Assembly (NCBI GenBank): GCA_964035545.1
Contig: OZ037766.1
Location: forward strand, 20,200,767-20,264,766
Length of the DNA stretch: 64,000 nucleotides
Origin: Bugula neritina
Lineage: Eukaryota > Animalia > Bryozoa
Direction of reading: 5' to 3'
Below are positions 1-13,694 of this stretch, piece after piece; position 1 is the stretch's first letter; each line of letters starts with the position of its first letter. Made by a program: the position numbers and the translations under genes. Under the pieces are notes generated by a model. The model did not search any database. It was not told the DNA's origin and worked only from the letters and a program-made list of their open reading frames with translations.

Positions 1-24
1 TCTGAAAGGATTGAGAAGTTAGAA

Positions 25-1255
25 GTGTCATGCCAAGCTGCTCTGAAAGAAACTTCACAAAATCTGCTAAAAATAACTGAAATAAACAAGTCAGCCCAAT
101 ATCTAATGGCTAAGAACAACGAGATCAATGAAGCCGAAGCCAGAAAAACCAACGCAATTCTGTATGGCATTGAGGAAGATGATGAAATGAGTACTATCCA
201 ACAGATCGAACAGTTGAGGAAAAACGAACTGTACATGCACTGCAATAAACCGGTGCAAGCCTGGAGATTTGGAAAGAAATTTGAAGACAAGCCGAGACCA
301 ATCAAGCTCAAGTTTAAAGACGAATGTGCAAAATGGACATTCATCAAGCGTGTTAACAACAAGTCTACCAGAACCACTGGCATTTTCTGTAAGGTGAATG
401 AAAGTAAAACACTGAGAGATCAGGAATTCAAGCTTCGATCTCAAGTAAGAGATCTCATAAAAGAAAATGGAAAACACCAGTACAGAATAAGAAACCTGCA
501 AATTCAACAAAAAACACACCAGGGGGAATGGCCGGTCATGAGCACAGCCAGGGAAAAAACCACGTAAAACTATTCCTTGCTAACATAAGATTCGCTACTG
601 GAAAATCTGCCAAACTTACATCTCTTACTACTGATCACGACATCATTTGCCTCACTGAGACGCACCTTGACAGCCGAGTCTCAAACAACTGCATAATAGA
701 GGCTGATAACAAAATTGTGCTTCGGCGTGATAGAAATCTCTACGGTGGGGGTGTACTTATTGCTGTGAACCATTCGCTAAAGCCCTATAAAACTGACATA
801 AACACCTCTGAAGAGGAGATAGTAGTCGTGAAGGTTGAGCCAAATATCATATTATGCTGCTACTATAGACCACACATGCATACAAAAAACATTGAAAACT
901 AGGTGAAATACTAGAGGGTATCTATCAAAAGTTTCCAGGTTTCCGTGTTATCCTGCTTGGTGACTTTAACTTATCTGGTATAAATTGACAGACCCAACAA
1001 ATAAAGGACGACTATCAATACAAACACTTGCATAGAGAATTCCTAAACCTGCTTCATGACAACATGCTATCACAACTTATCTCAGGTGCCACACACATAC
1101 ACGGAAACACCTTGGACCTAATTTGCACTAACTCCCCTGAATTATTCTCTGAACTTAATGTCATAGAGCCGGGCTTAAATGACCATTACCTCATCAGTAC
1201 AAATCTTGATGTAATACCGAGAAAAACGAAAAGCGCAGATTGTTCAAAAAGGTAG
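25..1255 (+). mobile_element. Decayed non-LTR retrotransposon: ORF1 remnant (25-567) plus APE endonuclease of ORF2 (528-1255), truncated
   Basis: ORF1 'NAILYGIEE...RFGKK...PRPIKLKF' resembles LINE ORF1. APE motifs ICLTETH, RRDR..GGGVLI, YRP, LGDFN (~955), GNTLDL and NDH are split by stops. Confidence 0.85.
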
Positions 1256-1768
1256 ACCATATCCACTCCCAGCAACACATGGAAAATATTAGTAAAGAGT
1301 TGAAGGAAATGAATGACCCTGATTGTATGTTTTCAATCTAGACATAGATTTAAAAAAAGGTGCTTACCACAATTTGTTTGCTGATCTTAGAAATGGAACC
1401 AATCGAGAGTATTGTCACCATGATTATTTTATAGTGTTAAAGTATACCTTTGACTATATTTTGGACAAAATCGATCATAGGTAAGTCAATGCCATATTTA
1501 TTATTTAAGAATGATGAACTATTTTTGATTTTATCATTTTTATTTTAGTTACTTTTACATTTCGTATAACTATAACATTAAGTATGGTAATACTAATACA
1601 TGCCTATTGCCGCTTTGTTTCAAGACTCAACTTATCTTATAGGATACGGAGACAAAACAGGCATTTGGGAAAGGCAATACCACCATCAATGCGACTTGCT
1701 ATAACCCTCCATCGTCTCGCAGAAGGCACTTCTTTTTCTGCTATAAGGTATCATTGACGACTGGGAAG

Positions 1769-4700
1769 TGTAGGATGATCCGATATTGACAAGCTACTGA
1801 CAAACGATAGCAGGTACAAAAGCCACTCAAAGCGAATGGTCTCGTGACTACTGAGAAGTGAAAGCCAGATGTAAGCCAACACAAGGCACTCGATAGCTAT
1901 AGCTCGAGAGGGTAAATTAACAATACATGGCGCAGTTGGCAGGATTCTAATCTGCCCGAGTTAGTGATTACTTTTCGTGATTGTGAGAGAAACGAGACAA
2001 CTATTTAACGAGAGGTTTCAGTGATACGACGAGAAATTCAGAAAGCCAAATTTATATTATTGAGGAGAACTGTTGAAAAGGGTGAGAGACAAATGTTACA
2101 TTCGAATACTTGGTGAGAGTTTAAATTCAAATTCAAAATCGATACCGTGATATTAGTTATACTATAGATTTTTATTAATTAATGAATCTGGTACTTATAT
2201 TGATAGTGATACTAGTGTTGGTACTTAGCATGGCTCTGTCTAACCTCGATTTAAATGCTTTTCCTGAGTTAGTATTAGATGAAAGTAACGTTGCTAAGGA
2301 GTAGAACTCGGGGCTAACGCATCAGTCAAGTGTTGAGGTAACTTCTCTCAACTTAGGTTCCGAAGAGGTAGACGGGGAACAAGTTAATAGATTCAGGAGT
2401 AGAACTAAGCTGTTGGCTTTACTGAGTGCTATTGGTTCAGAGAAGCTAAATACATTACAGTCGCTTGGCTTTAATCTAAATGATAATTCGAATGAGGAGT
2501 ATTATACTGCTTTAGACTTACTAAAAGCCGATTACTCTCAAGATGACAGTTTTATGTTATAACTATGTTGTTAGCGTAGCCCAAGCTTGTAGGAAAATGA
2601 GATAGAGTATTAATTAAAGGTTGAAAAACTAAGTAGAACCGTAGAGTTTGGAAATGATAATGACGTAGTCCGACAAAGGTTTTCAACAGCATTAGCTGTT
2701 AATGGTCTTAGTGACTTAGGCTTGCGTAGACACCTCTTACAGGAACCTGACTTGACGTGGGGACAACTTAGAACAAAAGCTCAGGCTAAACACTTGGGTA
2801 GACTATCCGAAGCCACTTTAAACGAGGCAAGGGTGGGTAGTTTTAATGTGAAGAAAAGAATTAAAACTGAAATTGGTAAGATAAACCTGGACCCCCAAGA
2901 CAAGCTAAACAGTAGTTCAGACGAATCTAACGATGGTAGACCTTTGAATGCTAGGTCCATCTCTCGAAGTAGATATAAGAATAACAGTAAACGACGCTTT
3001 AGTGGGAGAGGCAGAACGGACGACCGTAATGGAGAATGCTCAACAAAAGGCTACTGGTCCAGTGATTCGGGTAGTGACTACCCCTACCGACAAAGTGGTA
3101 GACGGCGAGACGAAAGCCTCCGGAAAAAACCATGAACGACCCCAACAAAGAGGTGATAGGGAAACCAGCCCGGATAGATGTTTAAAATGTGGCCAGCTCG
3201 GACACCAATTGTGAAATTGCCCAGAAAAAAGCTGGTTTTCATGCAACCGGTTAGAACATATTTCACAAGATAGTCCCCAAAAAAGGTTTAGATGTAGAAG
3301 CAGGGATAGATATTACAGCGGTTCTAGTGATAATAATAGGACACCCAGCAACAGGCTTCGAAGTAGCCCTAGACCTAGCCCTAAACGTGATTATAAGATG
3401 AACACTAGAAGGGTTAGATTAAATGAATGACTATATGGTCAGGAAAAGTGCCTAATGAAAACCTCAAGAGTCAATGACTATAATGTAGATTTTGTGTTAA
3501 ACCCAAGTGCAAAAGTTACCAGAATCTACGTCGGACAAACTAAATATGCCATTTGAAAACCCAAATAAATGCCTGATAAGTGCAGATAGTAAGAGCCTCC
3601 AGGTTAAAGGTTAACATTAGAAGTAAAGCCGAATCGATTGGCTTTCGGATTTATGCCTTGAAAGTTTCCAAGCGAAATTCATCAGGGTTACCTGACCTTA
3701 ATAAATTGAATTTGCTAGCGGTAGTACACAGCCTGGTTGCTAATGCTTTTTACCCAGTAACAGTTCTCAAAAACGTTTTTGAAGGGCTGGGAACGCTACA
3801 GGATACTTTTCGAATTAATTGGAAAAAAGAGGCGGAACCTATATGTTAATATGCCCTTCCCGCCCGACCCATAGCAGCTGGTCTACGGACCAAAGCGAAG
3901 AATGAACTAGATAAAATGCAACGCAAAGGCGCAATAGAGATGGTAGAACAACCTACCAAATGGTGCTCAGCATCAACTATAGCCCCTAAAATTGGTGGTA
4001 AAATAAGAATGTGTGTAGAGTTTTCTAGTTTGAACAAGTATGTGAAGAGAGACGTCCACCCCCTTCCCAAAGGTTCTGATAAGTTAAGCCGTCTCTCTGA
4101 AGGGGTATTGTTTTCGAAACTAGATGTTAACCCAGGTTTTTGGCAAATTAAATTAGGTGAAAAAAGTAGGCTATTAGCGACTTTTGTGATTCCGTGGAAA
4201 AGATTTTGTTTTAAAAGAATGCCTTTTGGTATTCCGTCGGCTCAAGAATTTTTTCAAAGGGTGATGGAGAATATATTGAAAAGAATGAAGGGTGTAATTT
4301 GTTCGGTGGATATTTTAGTATATGGAAAAACGGCTGAGGAACATCGGGATAGATTGAGGGAAGTGTTAGTCAGAATAGAAACACCAAGCATGACTTTAGG
4401 AAAAGAAAAATGCAAGTTTGGGTGTGCAAAAATTAAATTTCTTGGTCACTTGGTCAGCAATACTAGTATAAAACCTAGGCCTGCACGATGGTTCGATGGT
4501 GAACGATGTTTTCGATGTGACCTACCAATCAAACCACCGATTGTCAGTTTATTAACAACCGAAAGCCATCGACCGAAGTTTCAGTGTCTTAGAGTTGCTC
4601 TCTCTCTATATAACTGTTTTTCTTTGCGTGCCTTTTTAAGTTAGTTCGTTATGCCGCTCCGTTAAGAGTGTTATAATTTGTAAAGTAGCCACTGTGTCAT

Positions 4701-7197
4701 AAAATGGAGTTAGTTCCTCAGACTATTGTTAGTACAAAAATTAGCTGCCATAGAAAAAATATATTAATTCGGGCTATTGTAATAGTTGGCTAAAATTGCA
4801 TTGTTTTTATTATAAATTTTATAAGCAAACAACTGAGGAAATTTTACATTAACAAGGACTCCCGGTATATAGATATGCTGAAATTGATGGTTGATAGTGA
4901 AGTGAACTAAACGTATCTCTTTGGGGGGCACATGCTCCCTACCCATTCTCCATATCTTTGTTGGTTAAATTTGTACAGTGATGTTTGAGAAAATATCATT
5001 CTCCATAAAGATGGCAGTCTTTTAGCTGATGGAAAGCCATGTAATTTATATTTTGCTTTGCTAATACCAGGACCTATTATGGGATGTCATTTTCTTCAGC
5101 TGGAACTTAATGTCTGATTTATTTTCTTGCAGGTAGGGGAGAATGAAACAACATCACTGGTTGTTTCTACCCCCCTTTCTTCTACTGGGAAAAGATCAGC
5201 TGCATGGACTTACTTTTACATCGCTGACATGATGGAACGCGTTTAGGTAACCTGTGACATATGCAAGCAAGTGGTCAAAGTCAGCCAAAGTTTAACTTCC
5301 AACCTATTTGGACATGTGGAGGCAAAATATCCAAAAGAACACGTTGCAGTTGCTCCAGCTAAGAAGTCACGGAGAGTTATTCTTAATTTACCAAACCAGC
5401 CAGTGTGTCTTCTACACCCAGTACAAGTTCATTATCATTATCTGTACCATCCGGTCAATGATTTATCACCGACATGTTTCATATGACAACAAAAGCCAAA
5501 GACACAATTCCCTGGTCAGTTCCATAACCCAGTATATAACATCAGGATGTGTTCCCGTCTATACTGTAGAAAAAGAATAATTCGTTGACATGCTAAAGGT
5601 CTTTGATGCGAGATTTATATTGCCTGGAAGAAATCTTTTCTCCCAAAGGACGATTCCGAGGGCATTCAATCATGTCAAGTCTAACATCATGGTTCAGCTA
5701 AAAAACGTCAAGAGTCTGTCCTGCACGACCGATGGTTGGAGTTCTTTGGCAAAAGACCCCTATATCAGCTTGACATGCCACTTCGTTGATGATGCTTGGA
5801 GTTTGAAAACATTTTGTCTCTCTACTATGCATGCTCCTGACAGCCATACGGCACTTAACATAGCACAGTTCCCTCGCAAAGGTTTGTATGAGTATGATCT
5901 GACATTGGACCAAATAGCCTCCTTCACCACTGATTCCGCAACAAACATGATCACAGCGTGCAGAGAGCTGAAGGTCACGCGTGTAAGCTGCTTCGGGCAT
6001 ATATTGAACAAAGCCATAACTACAACAATGGATGCTGACCAAGAAGTGGTTGAATTATTGAAGGCGTTGCGCAAGATAGTTTCTGTATTCAGCTACAGCT
6101 TCAAGTATCGCAAGCGGCCGTTGAAACTTCTGTTTGAGAAAGGGCTCTCTGAGCTTCAGCTGGTTAACGATGTTAGCACACGATGCAGTGCTCGATTAAA
6201 GATGATGGAGCGATGTCTCAAAGTAATGCCCGTTGTCGATTCGCTGTTCCATGATGGTAAATTACTGCAATTAAAATATTCAGCCAGTGTTTAGTTAATA
6301 TCGGTAAATACTGCTAACTTCCAAATGGCTTTTGCTCAATTAACTTGTCGTATATTATTGGCTGTAAGTTGTTGTACATTGCTGAAATTAGAACTTTATC
6401 GGCATATGTAAAACAGTAAAGTAAATGCTTCAACATTATTTGTTCTGTTAACCCCTTTTGTCATTTGTTTTTATGTGATAATTTTTAGATGGGAAGTATC
6501 AGTGTTACATGCTAAACTTCGAGCAAAAGGATCTTTTTATCGGGTGGGGATCGAGTGCAGTCTATGAAGACCCTCGAAATTCCCCATCTAGACAATAAAA
6601 TAATGGAATTGCGTATCGGTAAACAGGATAAACCTAGCTCCACCGCCAGTGGATTAGGCTAACCTGACTTAGAAAGCGCCTTCTTTGCACTCTCAGACGA
6701 CCTGGCAAACCAACAGGTGCAGTGCCTTGACGAACAGATAGGAGATAGACTAAACCACGGACAGCAGGTTGGGCCGGCCAAGGTTCCTGAGACTTGAGAG
6801 GACCTAGTCAAGAGGAAGGAGGATGAGCCCGATGAGCTGCTGAGTGACGAGGATATGGAGGAACAACCCAGTTAAGTATCCGTACTCCAAGGTAGTATTT
6901 ACTCTTGACATATGATGAATTACTACCAGCAAGCAATTACTGACCTCAAATGACATACAAATAGATATGATGATAATATAGATATGCATTATGAAAAATG
7001 TGCTCTTGTGCCCTACTTCTTGTTTGTAAGGACTGAGCGTGTGAGATGATCCAATATTGACAAGCTACAATCCAACGATAGCAGGTACAAAAGCCACTCA
7101 ATGCGAATCATCACGGGACTACTTAGAAATAAAAGCCGGATGTAAGCCAACACGAGCACTTGATAACTAGAGCTAGAGAGGGTAGGTTAACCTTACA
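1769..7197 (+). mobile_element. Ty3/Gypsy LTR retrotransposon, degenerate (gag, protease and RT remnants)
   Basis: Related ~158-bp LTRs at 1769-1927 and 7040-7197 (TG...CA). PBS TGGCGCAGTTGGCAGGATTC at 1928 is complementary to a tRNA-Ser 3' end. TSD GGAAG/GGAAA. CCHC knuckle CLKCGQLGH at ~3180. RT 3916-4475 has FSKLD..GFWQI, RMPFG and KIKFLGH. Confidence 0.9.
4476..6520 (+). mobile_element. hAT DNA transposon (BED finger plus transposase), 3'-truncated, inserted in the Gypsy RT
   Basis: TIR-like TAGGCCTGCACGAT begins where the RT frame breaks. BED-like W.YF...C..C...TSNL..H at ~5200-5340. Transposase motifs TTDGWSS, TTDSATNM, SCFGHIL and DVSTR in 5590-6294. Right end approximate. Confidence 0.85.
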
Positions 7198-9059
7198 GGA
7201 AAAAGCACTGTCACAGCAATTGTTTATGATACTTGCCATGCCATTTGGGATGAGATGTCTCCGAGATACTTCAAACCTTCTAGAACTCCTAGGGAATGGA
7301 AACAAATAAGCAAGGGTTTTGCAGATGAATGACATTTTCCACACTAGTTGGATAATGGTTACATTATTATAAGTTTGGTAAATTCAATTCAACCAGCGGT
7401 TATCATAGATTTTATTTAATTTATTTGTTTTCTTGAAGTTTATCATTAATGTGAGTTAAATAGAAACATCATCAAATATTTATTGTATGCATTGCACTTG
7501 TTTGATGGTGTAAAAATGTATTATGATTGCAGGCGCTTTGGATGGAAAGCATGTGAGAATTCAGGCCCCATCAAATCAAGGCTCTGAATTTTTTAACTAC
7601 AAACAATTTAACTCAATAAATCTGGTGGCTATTTGTGATTCTAAGTTAGAATTCTTGTTTTTTCATGTTGGTCAAGCTGGGCTTTGGAGTGATTCAGGAG
7701 TAATTAAAGTCTCCAGCTTTGGAAATGGTTTGCTTCGTGATAAATTATTGTATTCTGTTTCATATTTCCAATCAACGAGGGCTTTAATTAGGAAAAGCTT
7801 ACCAATCAAATTTATTAATATGAAAAACATAATCATATTTTTACATGTAATTTATCATTTATGCCTGTATATTTACAAGTCGTATCTCACTACACCATCA
7901 TGAATTTACTTCAAGACTTTCCAACCCCCTTGTCGTACTGTTTTGTGGCTGATGAGTCCTTTCCATTATAAACCTGGATTATGCGACCTTTTCTAGGGCG
8001 GGAGCTATGTAGGGAAAAAAGAGTTTATAATTATAGACTGTTTCAAGCTCGAAGAACTATTGAGAATGCTTTTGGTATTTTATCATCTGAATGGAGGCGC
8101 CTTCAAAGACCCATAGTAGGGTATTCTGCCAACATAGTTTTTATGGTAAAAACAATGTGCTTACTACACAATATTGTGAAAACCCGAGAGCCTGCATTTT
8201 ACACACCACCTGGATTTGTAGATTCTGAATATATGGATAATGGTCAGTGGCGAAATGAAAATTTTAATTTAGCTCAAGTACCGCGACAAGGTTCTAGGAA
8301 TGCTACTACAAGTGCTAACAATATGAGAGACAATTTTTGCAGATATTTTAATTCTGATGTGGGCAGTGTAGAATGGCAGGACAACTGTTTAAACCGATTG
8401 GAATAGCTTTAACAATTATTTTCATTCAAATAACCAATGTGGTAATAAAACGACTTTTATATAATCATGCAAAAAAATTATTTTTTATAATAATTTCATT
8501 AAATACTAGTTATATGATAATTATGGTGATTGGGTGATGTTGAAACACCGTTTTCACTCAAAGCCTCACCAACTATTTGCAACAATTTTGTTTGAGTTAA
8601 AACTCTTTTGGCTGGTGGCAAATGTCGAAGCTGCGAAGGTAGATTCATTGCAAAACGATAGCTATCATCTTGTTGCTGGATTATTATGTCAACTCATCAA
8701 GAGAGTAGTCATGATTTGGAATTTGGTTTGGCATTGTGATTGCGAGTTGAATTCGATGATGAGAATAAATTTGAAAAGTTGTTGGTGAGGTCTTGCACGT
8801 AACACAAGTGCGGCAAAAAGACTTCAAAGACAACCTAGCCAATCAGCGATTATCTTCCCGCCAATAGAATAGGCTGATCGCCGAATGCTGAACTTGAGTG
8901 TTCGCCATGTCGAACGCTGAACGCATCACGAAAAACTGACAGTTGCGTTCAGAAATCAGACAGTTGTGACGTCAAAAAGTTCAATGCTTAGCCTCGAAAA
9001 CGCGTTCACAGTCGAGTTTCAACTGTAGTCTGCCAACCACATAACCCTGGACATCGAAA

Positions 9060-9950
9060 ATTCAAGCCAGTATATAAAAAGAGAGTTCTCGATTTACAGC
9101 TGGAAGGCGAAATGTCAAATTACCTGATTACTTGCTCAAAGATGAACTATGGCTTGACATTGAAAAATGCACGAGCTCTTGCTTTTGAATTAACAACAGC
9201 TAATAGTCTAGTAGTGCCAGATAATTGGCACACTCACAAAATGGCAAGTCGAGACTGGATGACTGCATTCCTTGATCACCACCCCCTGAGTTTGAGTAAA
9301 CCAGAAGAGTGCAGCTTGGCTTGCAACAATGCATTTAACAGAGATAATGTGAACACTTTTTCCTCCAACCTGAAAAATGTCTATAAAAATTATTCCTCAT
9401 TAACTGATGGCGCACGCATCTATAACTTGGATGAAATTGGGTTAACCACAGTTGGCAACACTGGTAGAGTTATAGCTCAAACTGGTGAGAGGCAAGTTGC
9501 TCAAGTTCAAACTGCTAAACGGGGTTCTTTGGTTATTGCTTGCTATATTGTCAGTGCTGCAGAGATGAGCTTGCCTCCAGTCACGATTTTCCCAAAGAAA
9601 GAACGTCATACCACAAATGACCGTTGGAGCCCCGCCTGGCACTCTCGGATTGGCACTCTCCGGCTGGCTGCTAAAAGCCTATAAATGACTGGAGAGCTCT
9701 GTGCTGAACCACTCCATCAATCAAACAGGAACATCTAAAGAGAACCCTTATTATGGACAACCACTGCAGCCACATTGCGCCCAATGTGTTGAAGCTAGCA
9801 AAAGAAAATGGCATTGTCATACTAACATTGCCTCCTCACTATACACATCGACTGCAGCCTCTAGATATTGGAATATTTGGATTTTTGTCAGCATAGTACA
9901 ATCAAGCTATCTCTAAATACCGTCTCATGAATCCAGGAGCTAAAATTAAT
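9060..9950 (+). mobile_element. pogo/Tigger-type (Tc1-mariner) transposase pseudogene
   Basis: CENP-B HTH-like region 'MASRDWMTAF', then IYNLDEIG, LPPVTIFP and frameshifted LPPH.THRLQPLD (DDE_1 family). Confidence 0.8.
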
Positions 9951-9959
9951 ATCAGTTAG

Positions 9960-12127
9960 CAGTTGAGCTGAAAGGTTGTGCTTTGTGAGCTCTCACAGTT
10001 AATCCTTTCAGCTATAGCTTTTTTAACAAGACAGTTATACAGATACAACTTGAATACTGGAAATACACAACTAGACACAAGACTACAATAGAGATCGGGC
10101 TAATTGTTGACTCACAACGTGAACCCTCCCTAAATTGGGTAAGTGCTCTATTACAAATATGGCACCAAAATCTAAAAAACATGAATCCACATCAACTGAA
10201 GATGAGGTGAATTTCAAATCTTTAGACAGTAAATTGGATCTCATTTTGGGTCCACTATCATCTATAAATCAACGTTTAACCAAGCTCGAAGCAAACCAAC
10301 AACAATTTGAGGAATCCATCGAATATTTCGATTTGGAGACTGAAGAACTAAAGCAGAAACAAGGTCAAATGGAAAAGTCTATTAACGATGTAAAACAGAA
10401 ACTAGATGATTACAAGGATCTTGATGTTAGAGAGGAAGCGGCAGGAAATGCATCATGATATAAATGTATTTAGCTTAATGGCATTTCACACAAAAAAGGC
10501 AAAAACCTTGTAGAAGGTTTCAGAAAAATTCTTATTCATCTGAAAATGGATACTATAAAGCCTCTGGCTGATGTTGATACTATTTACAGAATTAAGCAGA
10601 CCGAGAAGATAATAATAAAATTTCTTCATACAAATAAGAGAGACATATTTTTTCAAAACCACAGAAAAAATGTTATGTCTACAACTGATCTCAGGTTTTT
10701 GGAATCATTTAAAATTTTCATAAATGAAGTGCTCAGTACTAAACAGAGAACCCTGTTCTGGCACACTCGAAGCTTCAAAAAAGAAAACAACTACAGATTC
10801 ATATGGACTTTCAATCAAAAAATATATTTACGAATTGATACGAGCTCTGATGCTATAATGATCAACTCCAATAAAGATTTGGAAAATCTTAAACTCTGCT
10901 AAATTAGGACTTATTTGAAACTATGGGATTTACTTGTTGCATGATTGATTTTTCAACATTTTGTATAGACTGTAAAGAATACTCTGTATCTTCTTTCAAT
11001 TCAGTAAATAATGTAGATCAATCGCATTTACAAATTCTTAACATAAATTGTCAAAGCATTAAAAACAAATTTAATGAGTTTCAACTATTCTTATCTAGTA
11101 TTAATATTCAATTTCATGTAATATGTGTAACTAAAACCTGGCTATACGACAATGAGGTTAATTTTTACAATATTTCTGGTTATAATTTTGTAGACGCTCC
11201 AGTTGACATGATTTTTCTGCAGGAAGCCTTTGTGCAAGCCACCCAGCTGTCATCTGCAAACAGTAAGATCTACTCTCTCAACCTTTCACCAAGGAGGTGG
11301 TGTTGGGCTCTATGTGCACGATGGTTTAGCTGTGGAGGCGCGGGATAGTGATTTTACTAGATCGGATTCATGCTCTCTCAGGTTAGTTGGTGGTAACTTG
11401 GACTCTACCTTGAGTGTAACTGGGATCTATCGCCGCCCTAGCGCTGACACCGATTTATATTTTTTGACCTGGAGAGATATCTATTATCCTCATCTGAAAA
11501 TCATGTCATTCTCGACTCTTCAATATAGACTACTTCAATGAAAAAATTAGCGACTCTGATAAAAATATTATCTCAATATATGGCTATTCTCACACAATTA
11601 CAATTCCCACTAGATTTTCTGAAAATCGAAATAGTTGTTTGGACCATATTTTAACTAACATTACTGAAAGCCCAATAATCGCCGGAACAATTTTTACAGA
11701 TCTAAGCGATCACCTACCAACTTTCTTTAAACTCTCAATCCCTAAGTTTTCTACCCAAGAAACTCGGGAAACCACATCAAAATTTATAAATTATAATTTA
11801 TTATCTGAAAGGATGCTTTCTATAGATTTTTCTGACATAACCCAAAATGCTGAAGATGATGTAGACGTTTTATACGATAAATCTATTGAGAAATTAGGCA
11901 ATGTAATCAAAGATTGCAGCTTTCCAAACAAAACATTTAATAAACAAACAAATTATCAAGCACAGAAAAAACCATGGCTAGATACCACCATCTTAAATCA
12001 AATATCTAAAAAGCACAGATTGTATAAACAATGCCTGAAATCGCCACTAAATACGAAACTGCAGGACCGTTATGTAAAACTTAGAAATTTGCTGTGCACC
12101 AAATTAAGACAAGCCAAAGAGTATTAA
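9960..12127 (+). mobile_element. CR1/L2-like LINE, 5' part: coiled-coil ORF1 (10135-10902) and degenerate APE (10923-12127)
   Basis: ORF1 'KIFINEVL...YRFIWT.N.KIYLR'. APE motifs NINCQSI, ICVTKTW, GGGVGLYV, YRRP, PTR, LDHI, SDHLP and KPW. Confidence 0.85.
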
Positions 12128-12329
12128 CGTTGTTTGCTGTTTTTTCTTTGTTTGATTTTGCTCAGTTAGAGCAGTCAATATAAAAAAATGCTGGGACTTT
12201 ACAAAAGTTGGGAAAGCTTTTCCCTAATACATTATAGCATTTTATGTATCATCATATTTATGCCAGTTATAGTATGCTTTGTGCACAGTCATTATGGCTA
12301 CTACACAATAGTAAAAAACCCAAGATTTT

Positions 12330-12440
12330 CATTTATCTTTACACTTGTGTCTTGCAACATGTCACTTGTAAATACTGTAAAATCAATGGACATCTGGAAG
12401 TAGTATGCCGGAAGAAGTATAGAGACAACAAATCTTGAAG
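12330..12440 (+). pseudogene. Gag zinc-knuckle remnant
   Basis: CKYCKINGHLEVVC is a CX2CX4HX4C knuckle, isolated from any other element part. Confidence 0.5.
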
Positions 12441-13694
12441 ATTGTGAAAGCCTTGAATAGGATAAACACAATTCTACAACTTCCAACTTATAACTCATAT
12501 TATAACTTTTCCACAATGCTATTTTTTATCAGTACGTGACAATAAACAATTCTATATGTAAAAACACAAAAAATATATCATGTTTGACACCAGTAAACAT
12601 CAAATCGTAATGGTGGCACAGCTATACAGTCATAACATTTAAGCTATAAAGAAAAAACTTTGAAAGTGAATTTTCCAACTTGGCTATAGATTGCAAGCAA
12701 GTCTGAAACTCAGCAAGTTCATAGAGTGGGGTGGGGAATTTCTTATTTTAAAGATAGTTAAGCAAAAGTGAAAGGTTCATTACAACAGCCAGCTTCTTCG
12801 AACTTGTAATAATAAAAACCATTTGACCAGAGAAAAGAATTGTTTTTCAACTCATCGAAAAAAAATTGTGTAACAAATACATCATTGTCTAAGTTGTTGG
12901 GTGTACATTTTACAGCAAGCAGTATAAACTAAAAGTTTTGGAAACATACTGATTGCTTTATTCAATAGCTACAATTAATATAATCACATGAACCTCTCCA
13001 GTAAAAAAGTGCTTAGGATCGTGTAGGATTGCAAACAGTTTTGTACTGACAGGTAGAGTTGTAGCTTTTACTAACATGCTTTTTATGCAGTTAGTGCAAG
13101 TTCAGGCAAAGGAACTTCTCTCCAAAACATGTTAGATGTGTTGGAGCAAACCTTTGTAGTCAATTAAGTTAAAATGTGCATGGCTAGTCCTAAGAAGAGA
13201 GGCTATTATTGTTTGGTAAATTAACACTGCAGTATAATGCCACACAGTATGGCACTGAAACCGAACTCAGTGAATGTGATCAAAGACAAAAATTAAAATT
13301 CATGAGCTAAAAATTCACCTGAATAAAAAAAGGTCCAGGCTTTTTGATTGAAAAATCAAATTGAAAATATTCAAGAGTGACTAGCTGACAAGACTCATCT
13401 TGCTCGGTGGTAGATAAGAGCCAGTCTAACTGGCAGCTTTGTGAGATGATGATGATTGTACAACTGTGAAGTAGTTTATATAAAAGCCCTAGCTGTGACG
13501 TAGGTACATACCCTGTTACTAACAATTTGACAACGCTGTCAGACAACAACCAAACCGCTAATCCTCTTCTTTCACAAACAGACCTGCTAGCTCTCATCAT
13601 GCCAATTTACTCAACCACTCTGCATGTGTAAGACAACCTGTTAGCACTGAGTTCCTCACCCACAAGAGTTCGTGTGAACTTGAAACTCAACAGA

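Larger units (their letters stand above)
1345..9033 (+). mobile_element. PIF/Harbinger DNA transposon with an intron-containing transposase pseudogene, interrupted by a Gypsy element
   Basis: Frame '...RLAITLHRLAEG...RLG' (~1680-1768) resumes after the Gypsy 3' LTR as 'GKSTVTAIVYDTCHAIW...' (7198+), then GALDGKHVRI, FFNYK, ADESFPL and YNYRL..ARRTIENAFGIL (7523-8406). Candidate right terminus ...GTAGTCTGCC at 9033; left end not found. Confidence 0.85.
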
